A DNA stretch of 64,000 bases from NCBI GenBank assembly GCA_038116745.1, contig JAYODW010000004.1:50408-114407 (forward strand). The letters run 5' to 3'. Below are positions 58,243 through 64,000 of the stretch, in pieces. Below the pieces are notes generated by a model, which saw only the letters and a list, made by a program, of their open reading frames with translations, made no database searches and was not told the origin of the DNA. Source of the stretch: Gammaproteobacteria bacterium (GTDB lineage: Bacteria; Pseudomonadota; Gammaproteobacteria; Ga0077536). A program made the translations under genes and the position numbers. Each line of letters opens with the position of its first letter. Position 1 is the stretch's first letter.

Positions 58243-59301
58243 ATGCGTCAGTTCGAATTTTCCATGCTGCCCTGGAACGTTGTCTTCGGTGCCGGCGTTC
58301 TGGCGTCCTTGCCGCAACGCCTTGATCAGATGCGCCTGCAGCGCGCCCTGGTGCTCTCGACGCCAGAACAGCAAGGAGATGCGGAGCGTGTACAGGCCCT
58401 GCTCGGCCAGCGCGCAGTCGGCTGCTTCTGTGACGCACGCATGCATGTTCCGGTCGAGGTGGCCAGCGCCGCGGCAGCAGAGGCAGCACGGCTTGAGGCT
58501 GATTGCTCGGTCTCCGTCGGTGGCGGTTCCACGACCGGGCTCGGGAAGGCGCTGGCGCTGAACAGCAGCCTGCCGCTGATCGCCATTCCGACCACCTACG
58601 CCGGCTCCGAGATGACCACAATCTGGGGCATGACCGAAGATGGACGCAAGCGCACCGGCCGCGATCCCGCCGTTCTCCCCCGGCTGACGCTCTATGACGC
58701 CGAACTGACCCTCAGCCTGCCGCCCGCAATCGCTGGTCCCAGCGGCATGAATGCCCTCGCGCAGGCCACGATCAACGCGCAGGACCCCCGTACCAATCCC
58801 ATCGTCATGACGCTGGCGCGGGAGGCTATCGCCGCCATCGCCAGCGGCCTGCCGCGGGTCATGCGCACGCCGGAAGATATTGATGCCCGCGAACAGCTGC
58901 TCTACGGCGCGGCCCTCGCCGGCGCCTCGCTCGGTGCCGGTGTAACCAGCCTGCATCACCGTCTCTGCCACACGCTCGGCGGCAGCTTCAATACACCTCA
59001 TGCGGAGACCCACACTATCCTGCTGCCTTACACGGTCGCCTACGCCAGTGACGCTGTGCCTGAGCTCATGGCAGCCATCGCTGCTGCCCTCGGCAGCACG
59101 AGCGCGGCCGGCGGGATCTATGATCTTGCCGCGAGCCTGGGCCTGCCGACCTCACTGACCTCAATCGGCATCAGAACGACCGACCTGGCGCGGATCGCGG
59201 ATCTCGCGACGGAGGCAGAGGTCAGCAATCCGCGTCCGGTCACTCGTGACGGTGTGCTTGCGCTGCTGCAGCAGGCCGTCGCCGGTCAACGCCCTGATTG
59301 A
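58243..59301 (+). CDS. maleylacetate reductase (iron-containing alcohol dehydrogenase family)
   Basis: Fe-ADH fold matching the maleylacetate reductase pattern (FGAGVLASLP...). Start ATG 58243 has an AAAGGAAAG RBS. Confidence 0.75.
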   Translation: MRQFEFSMLPWNVVFGAGVLASLPQRLDQMRLQRALVLSTPEQQGDAERVQALLGQRAVGCFCDARMHVPVEVASAAAAEAARLEADCSVSVGGGSTTGLGKALALNSSLPLIAIPTTYAGSEMTTIWGMTEDGRKRTGRDPAVLPRLTLYDAELTLSLPPAIAGPSGMNALAQATINAQDPRTNPIVMTLAREAIAAIASGLPRVMRTPEDIDAREQLLYGAALAGASLGAGVTSLHHRLCHTLGGSFNTPHAETHTILLPYTVAYASDAVPELMAAIAAALGSTSAAGGIYDLAASLGLPTSLTSIGIRTTDLARIADLATEAEVSNPRPVTRDGVLALLQQAVAGQRPD

Positions 59302-59328
59302 GCGCCCGACTCACCTGGAGAACACACC

Positions 59329-59958
59329 ATGATCGATCTCTACACCTGGTCCACGCCGAATGGCCGCAAGGTGTCCATCATGCTCGAGGAGCTGGGCATC
59401 GAATACGCGGTGCACAGCGTCAATATCAGCCAGGACGAGCAGTTCACGCCGGAATTTCTCGCCATCAGCCCGAACAACAAAATCCCGGCGATTGTGGACC
59501 GCGACAACGAACTGTCGCTGATGGAGTCGGGGGTCATTCTCATGTACCTCGCAGACAAACACGGCCGCTTCCTGCCGCCTGCAGGTGAAGCGCACTGGCG
59601 CACCATCGAGTGGCTGATGTGGCAGATGGGCGGCGCCGGACCCATGCTCGGTCAGGCGCATCACTTCGTGCACTTCAATGCGGACAAATCCGAGTACGCC
59701 AAAGAGCGCTACCGCAACGAGGCGGATCGACTCTACGGCGTGCTCGATCGCCGGCTGGCGACACAGGCCTACATGGCGGGCGCGGACTACACTATCGCGG
59801 ACATGGCGACCTGGCCCTGGATTGCGCGCTTCCAGTGGCAGGGCGTCGATTTTCCGGCCTACCCGAACGTGCTGCGCTGGTATCGCGAACTGGCTGACCG
59901 ACCGGCCGTACAGCGCGGCTATCGCGTTCCGAACGACGCTGAGATCCCATTTCCATGA
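59329..59958 (+). CDS. glutathione S-transferase (YghU/YfcG-like)
   Basis: GST N- and C-domains. 209 aa. Confidence 0.85.
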   Translation: MIDLYTWSTPNGRKVSIMLEELGIEYAVHSVNISQDEQFTPEFLAISPNNKIPAIVDRDNELSLMESGVILMYLADKHGRFLPPAGEAHWRTIEWLMWQMGGAGPMLGQAHHFVHFNADKSEYAKERYRNEADRLYGVLDRRLATQAYMAGADYTIADMATWPWIARFQWQGVDFPAYPNVLRWYRELADRPAVQRGYRVPNDAEIPFP

Positions 59959-59980
59959 CGCACCGATAACGGGCAGGCAG

Positions 59981-60295
59981 GTGGAGATCGCGACCTACGA
60001 AATCACGCTGCGTCACGCTGGACTCGAACCGATCCGCTTTGCCGCGCCCGCCGATCGCTCCATCGTCAAATCCGCCCGTGCAGCGGGTTACGCCCTGACC
60101 ACCGGCTGTCTACAGGGACGCTGCGCCATCTGCCTTTCCCGCCTGCTCGCCGGGGAGCTGAAAGTGATCCGACGACCGTCGCGCCACGCCGTGGGTGACC
60201 CGCTCAAGCGCGCTGATGGCTGCGTTCTGCCGTGTTCACTGGCGCCTGACTCCGACGTTGAACTGGAGACGCTCAGCCCCTGGACGTCATGCTGA
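59981..60295 (+). CDS. [2Fe-2S] ferredoxin (oxygenase electron-transfer component)
   Basis: GTG 59981 (VEIATYEITL...). Cys pattern C-x4-C-x2-C...C (GCLQGRCAICLS...GCVLPC). The track ORF 59678..60295 is the same frame running open across the GST gene. Confidence 0.6.
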   Translation: MEIATYEITLRHAGLEPIRFAAPADRSIVKSARAAGYALTTGCLQGRCAICLSRLLAGELKVIRRPSRHAVGDPLKRADGCVLPCSLAPDSDVELETLSPWTSC

Positions 60296-60506
60296 GCGCG
60301 CTGACCGGCGCAAGTTCAGCTGCGGCAGAAACGGACGCATTTGCCCGTCTTTCAATCCGCGGCACGAGCCATGTATCTTCTCCGCGTCGGGGGGGCAGCG
60401 TCACACAAGGAAGGCCTCCGCCTGCGATCGGGCGGCGCTCGACATGACAGACAGGACGCCGGGGCATGTCCGGCGTGAGATCATCATCTCAAGGGAGTCA
60501 TCCGTA

Positions 60507-61625
60507 GTGAGCAGCAAATTTCTGGAAGACGCCTGGTACGCCGCCGCCTGGAGCGACGAGGTCGGAACCGGGCTTTTTGAGCGCACGATTATCGATCGGT
60601 CTTTCGTTTTCTACCGAGACCCGGCCGGCGTCGCGCAGGCGTTCGACAACGCCTGTCCGCACCGCTCCGCGCCGCTCAGCATGGGAAAGCTGCACGGCGA
60701 TGTGATCGAGTGCCCCTATCACGGCTTACGTTTTGACCGCGACGGTCAGTGCGTTCTCAACCCTCACGGCAACCAGAAAATCCCATCACGTGCCCGAGTG
60801 CGAAAATATCCCCTGCTCGAGCGCCACGCCATGCTGTGGCTATGGCCCGGCAACTCCGAGGCGGCGGACCCGGACAAGATCCCGGATTTCTCGTGCCACA
60901 CCGATGACCGCTTTCCAACCGTCAAAGGCGTCATCGAAATGCATGGCTATTACGAGCTCATCACGGACAACCTGATGGATCTGACCCACGTCGAGTTCGT
61001 GCACGAGGGGATCCTCGGTTCCGACGCAATCAAGCGCGGTGAACACCAGGTCCTGCAGACTGGTACCACCATCTGGTCAAACCGCTGGTGCCCCGACGGG
61101 CTCGCGCCGCCGGCCTGGGATGCCATGTTCGACCACTACGGCAAGCCCGTCGACCACTGGCTCTACATGCGCTGGGACGCGCCGGCCCACATGCTGCTCG
61201 ACGTCGGCATCACCCCGACCGGGGAGTCCCGCGACGCCGGGATCTGGATGTACGGGACAGATATCCTGACCCCGCGGGACAGCGGCAGCACGTACTACTT
61301 CTGGGGCTGCTCGCGCTCCTATGACATTGATAACCCAGCTGCCGGCGAAGCCTGGGAGCGTGCGATTGACGGTGCTTTCGTGCAGCAGGACAAGCCCATG
61401 ATCGAAGCGCAGCAGCGACTGATCCGTCAGCGCGGCGGCGAAGACATCGACGACGTTGACTCTATTGCACTGCAAACCGACTCCGGCCCGGTGCGCTGCC
61501 GACTGGCGCTGCGCAAACTTCTCGCCGCCGAAGGTGCCGCGCGGATCCCGGACCCACGGAACCCGGCGCTGAGCCGCCTGCTCGATGACGCCCGGCGCGA
61601 AACACGCATCGAACCGGTCGTTTGA
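60507..61625 (+). CDS. Rieske non-haem iron oxygenase alpha subunit, VanA/phthalate family
   Basis: Rieske CPHRSAPLSMGKLHGDVIECPYHGLRF. VanA-like N-terminus (FLEDAWYAAAWSDEV). GTG 60507 lies 9 nt after AAGGGAG. 372 aa. Confidence 0.85.
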   Translation: MSSKFLEDAWYAAAWSDEVGTGLFERTIIDRSFVFYRDPAGVAQAFDNACPHRSAPLSMGKLHGDVIECPYHGLRFDRDGQCVLNPHGNQKIPSRARVRKYPLLERHAMLWLWPGNSEAADPDKIPDFSCHTDDRFPTVKGVIEMHGYYELITDNLMDLTHVEFVHEGILGSDAIKRGEHQVLQTGTTIWSNRWCPDGLAPPAWDAMFDHYGKPVDHWLYMRWDAPAHMLLDVGITPTGESRDAGIWMYGTDILTPRDSGSTYYFWGCSRSYDIDNPAAGEAWERAIDGAFVQQDKPMIEAQQRLIRQRGGEDIDDVDSIALQTDSGPVRCRLALRKLLAAEGAARIPDPRNPALSRLLDDARRETRIEPVV

Positions 61626-61697
61626 CCCGGCCGCGTCGCGCCACATAACGCTGACCCACCCTGACCGGCCGCCACCGATGCGGCCCTGGAGGACCGC

Positions 61698-62195
61698 ATG
61701 ACGACACCCACCCGCTTTGCCACCACCGAGGACTTCGACAAAGGAGGCGTCGAGATCATCGGCGACGATGCCGCACCTCGCTACCTGTTCAGCAACATGT
61801 TTGAGGTAGCCAGCAAGTCGCCCCCCTGGGAGCGTGTGGTCATCGCCAGGAACCTTGAATTCACCGTCGAATGCGCGCGCGCCGAAGGCAGCTCCCCGTG
61901 GTACGTCTGCGCCCACGACGAAACCGTGCTGTGCATGCAGGGTGCGGTGGAGATCAAGTTTCTGAAACCGGAAAACGATGCGCTGCCGGAAGCCGATACC
62001 GCTGGCGCAGTGCGCCTTGAGGCTGAGCCGACGGGACAGGCCATGGGCTACGCCCGGTTGAAACGCGGCCATATGGCGCTGCTGCCGGCCGGCGCGGCCT
62101 ATCGCATCACCGCGACGGGCGTCGGCGTGCTGCTGCTGCAGTCGCTGCTCGGCGCCGAGTCACGCGAGCGATGGGCCACCATCTGCCAGCACTGA
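61698..62195 (+). CDS. cupin domain protein
   Basis: 165 aa with a cupin motif 2-like segment (GHMALLPAGAAYRI). Confidence 0.4.
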   Translation: MTTPTRFATTEDFDKGGVEIIGDDAAPRYLFSNMFEVASKSPPWERVVIARNLEFTVECARAEGSSPWYVCAHDETVLCMQGAVEIKFLKPENDALPEADTAGAVRLEAEPTGQAMGYARLKRGHMALLPAGAAYRITATGVGVLLLQSLLGAESRERWATICQH

Positions 62196-62233
62196 ACCGC
62201 GTCAGACACAAACACTAAGCGGGAGCCCGCAGC

Positions 62234-63250
62234 ATGACGACAGCAAACCCCACCACCACCCCGACACTGACCATCAACGCGACCGACCACAGCGCCCGGC
62301 TGGACGAGCGTTACGGCTACCAGGTTTTCAGCATCGGCAGCTATACCTTCCAGCGCGATGAATACTTCGTCCGCGTGAGCTATCCGCGCGGCACCTATGT
62401 CGCCGACGTTGGCGCTTTTCTGCGCGCCATGATGCGCGACGTCGCGTGGGGCTTTTTCTACGGCTGGGTCAACTTCGACGACGTCTTCGGCACCGTCAAC
62501 CACTACGGCTCGGTCGATGTGTTTGTCGGCGCCTATAACGCGGGCTACAAGGCCGCCGGCACTGATTTCACCGAACGTTTCGACGCCAACAAGCTGCTCG
62601 CGTGCTTCCGCGCGCTGCTCTCCGACTGGACCAACGCCGGCTACGACCCATTCGCGGCACCGCTCGAAACCGGCTCGCCCTATGGCTCGAAGAACGGCAA
62701 CAACGATGACGCGGTCAACTTTCAGCGCGAGCTGGCCGAGCGCTTCGTCGGCCTGCCCGGTGATTCGGAGCTGCGCACTGATGCGCGCGGCTTCCCCATC
62801 AACCGTCAGTTCGCGGACGTTGAGCAGGACGAGCCGGAAGTGCACTGCGAGCCTGGTTTCGAGGGCGAGCTGTCCGCGTTCAGCCTGTTTGCCTACCTGT
62901 CGCGCTCGCCGGTGACCTGGAACCCATCGATCGTCTCGGTGGTCGGCGAAAGCGCCTACTGCCCGACCTCTGAGGAACACATCCTGCCCATCCTGCACGG
63001 CAACGATCGGGTGGAGTGGTTTCTCCAGCTGACCGATGAAATCACCTGGCAGATCGCCGACAAGAACACCGCCGCGCCGCGCGCCATCGTGACGATGAAA
63101 GCCGGTGATGTGTGCGCCATGCCGGCCGACATTTCTCACCGCGGCTACTCGCCGAAGCGCTCCATGCTGCTGGTATGGGAAAACATGACGCCGGGACTCG
63201 AGCAGCGCTACGCCAGCGGCGAGCTCGCGCCGACCGCAGCTGAGTTCTGA
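62234..63250 (+). CDS. hypothetical protein with C-terminal cupin-like metal site
   Basis: 338 aa. Possible His/Glu/His ligands (ILHGNDRVEWF...MPADISHRGYS). N-terminal half has no recognisable family. Confidence 0.4.
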   Translation: MTTANPTTTPTLTINATDHSARLDERYGYQVFSIGSYTFQRDEYFVRVSYPRGTYVADVGAFLRAMMRDVAWGFFYGWVNFDDVFGTVNHYGSVDVFVGAYNAGYKAAGTDFTERFDANKLLACFRALLSDWTNAGYDPFAAPLETGSPYGSKNGNNDDAVNFQRELAERFVGLPGDSELRTDARGFPINRQFADVEQDEPEVHCEPGFEGELSAFSLFAYLSRSPVTWNPSIVSVVGESAYCPTSEEHILPILHGNDRVEWFLQLTDEITWQIADKNTAAPRAIVTMKAGDVCAMPADISHRGYSPKRSMLLVWENMTPGLEQRYASGELAPTAAEF

Positions 63251-63311
63251 GCGCTGCGGTCGACCGGTCACCACCACATCGCTCCGCCCCGAAACCGCAA
63301 AGGACCCACCG

Positions 63312-64000
63312 ATGGCCCTGCAACCCCAACATGTTGACCTTCAGTCCCTGCCGCGTGACCTGTTTATCGGCGGCGAATGGGTTGAAGGCCTGGCCGGTGC
63401 CCGCATTGCGGTGCATAACCCGTTTGATAACCAGGAGATCCTGAGTATCGCCGAGGCGCGCGCGGAGGATGTCGACCGCGCGGTTGCCGCTGCGCGGGCC
63501 GCGTTTCCCGCCTGGTCCGCCATGCCAGCCGCCGAGCGTGCCCGCCTGCTGCACAAACTGGTTGAACGCATGGAAGCCGGCTTCGACGAGCTGGCGGAGC
63601 TTGAGGCTATCGATACCGGACACCCGATCCGCGACACGCGCTTTCTTGACGTACCGCGCACGCTGCTCAACTTCCGCTATTTCGCCGGCATGGCCGACAA
63701 AATCGACGGGCGCCAGGTGCCGGTCGAACCCGGCTTTCTGAACGTGGTGAAACGCCATCCGGTCGGCGTGGTCGGCCAGATCGTGCCGTGGAACTTCCCG
63801 CTCATGTTCTGCAGCTGGAAACTTGGCCCGGCGCTGGCCGCGGGCAACACGGTGGTCATGAAACCCTCCGAGATCACGCCGCTGTCGACTCTGCGCCTCG
63901 CACAGATGATGCAGGAGGTCGGTTTTCCCCATGGCGTGGTCAACATTGTGCCAGGCTACGGCCATCTCGCCGGCCAACGGCTGGCTGAGCACCCGGACGT
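63312..64000 (+). CDS. aldehyde dehydrogenase family protein, 3' end truncated by window edge
   Basis: MALQPQHVDLQSLPRDLFIGGEWVEG...VVGQIVPWNFPLMF...MKPSEITPLS, typical of ALDH. The frame is open to the window end. The ORF track omits it because it has no stop. Confidence 0.85.
   Translation, partial: MALQPQHVDLQSLPRDLFIGGEWVEGLAGARIAVHNPFDNQEILSIAEARAEDVDRAVAAARAAFPAWSAMPAAERARLLHKLVERMEAGFDELAELEAIDTGHPIRDTRFLDVPRTLLNFRYFAGMADKIDGRQVPVEPGFLNVVKRHPVGVVGQIVPWNFPLMFCSWKLGPALAAGNTVVMKPSEITPLSTLRLAQMMQEVGFPHGVVNIVPGYGHLAGQRLAEHPD

Noticed and set aside
59678-60295. 205-aa ORF spanning the GST gene and ferredoxin
   Set aside because: Only the last 104 codons (from GTG 59981) are ferredoxin-like. 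The upstream part is an alternative frame of the GST gene.
1-64000. CRISPR arrays, rRNA, tRNA
   Set aside because: No short regularly spaced direct repeats and no stretches with rRNA or tRNA character were seen. The few non-coding stretches (4552..4805, 44050..44316, 54178..54692) lack cloverleaf-like or array structure on inspection.

Overview
High-GC (about 65% by eye) proteobacterial chromosomal window, densely coded, dominated by catabolic and accessory metabolism. I see no rRNA, tRNA or CRISPR. Main blocks: (a) a hydrophobic-substrate module with two DUF1329 paralogs and one DUF1302, a cytoplasmic GAF-PAS histidine kinase, and beta-oxidation-type genes (two acyl-CoA dehydrogenases, two enoyl-CoA hydratases, LLM oxidoreductase); (b) malate synthase G, CorA and an MscS-family channel; (c) a translationally coupled sulfate-assimilation operon cysH-cysG-sir-DUF934; (d) a ketone/alcohol oxidation set (Baeyer-Villiger monooxygenase, serine-hydrolase esterase, MaoC, citrate synthase, PQQ dehydrogenase with cytochrome c domain, LLM); (e) a lower-GC segment at about 38.9-44.3 kb holding a decayed, rearranged two-partner-secretion locus. 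In it, TpsB is split into an N-terminal piece on the minus strand and the remainder on the plus strand, with a TpsA N-terminus truncated at the same junction, consistent with a roughly 4 kb inversion. The inverted segment carries an unusual MBL-fold plus tandem cNMP-binding protein. (f) A likely (halo)aromatic catabolic island: NpRdhA-like reductive dehalogenase homolog, maleylacetate reductase, 3-oxoadipate enol-lactonase, two GSTs, a VanA-like Rieske oxygenase with a separate ferredoxin, cupin proteins, TPP enzyme, quinone oxidoreductase, aldehyde dehydrogenase. It is interrupted by a low-GC methyltransferase cassette flanked by about 209-bp direct repeats, and it contains an LLM pseudogene and an amidase homolog that lacks the catalytic cysteine. 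Many long Arg-rich ORFs in the supplied track are antisense shadows of real genes, as is typical for high-GC DNA, and were not called. The track also omits edge-truncated genes, which I added at both ends.
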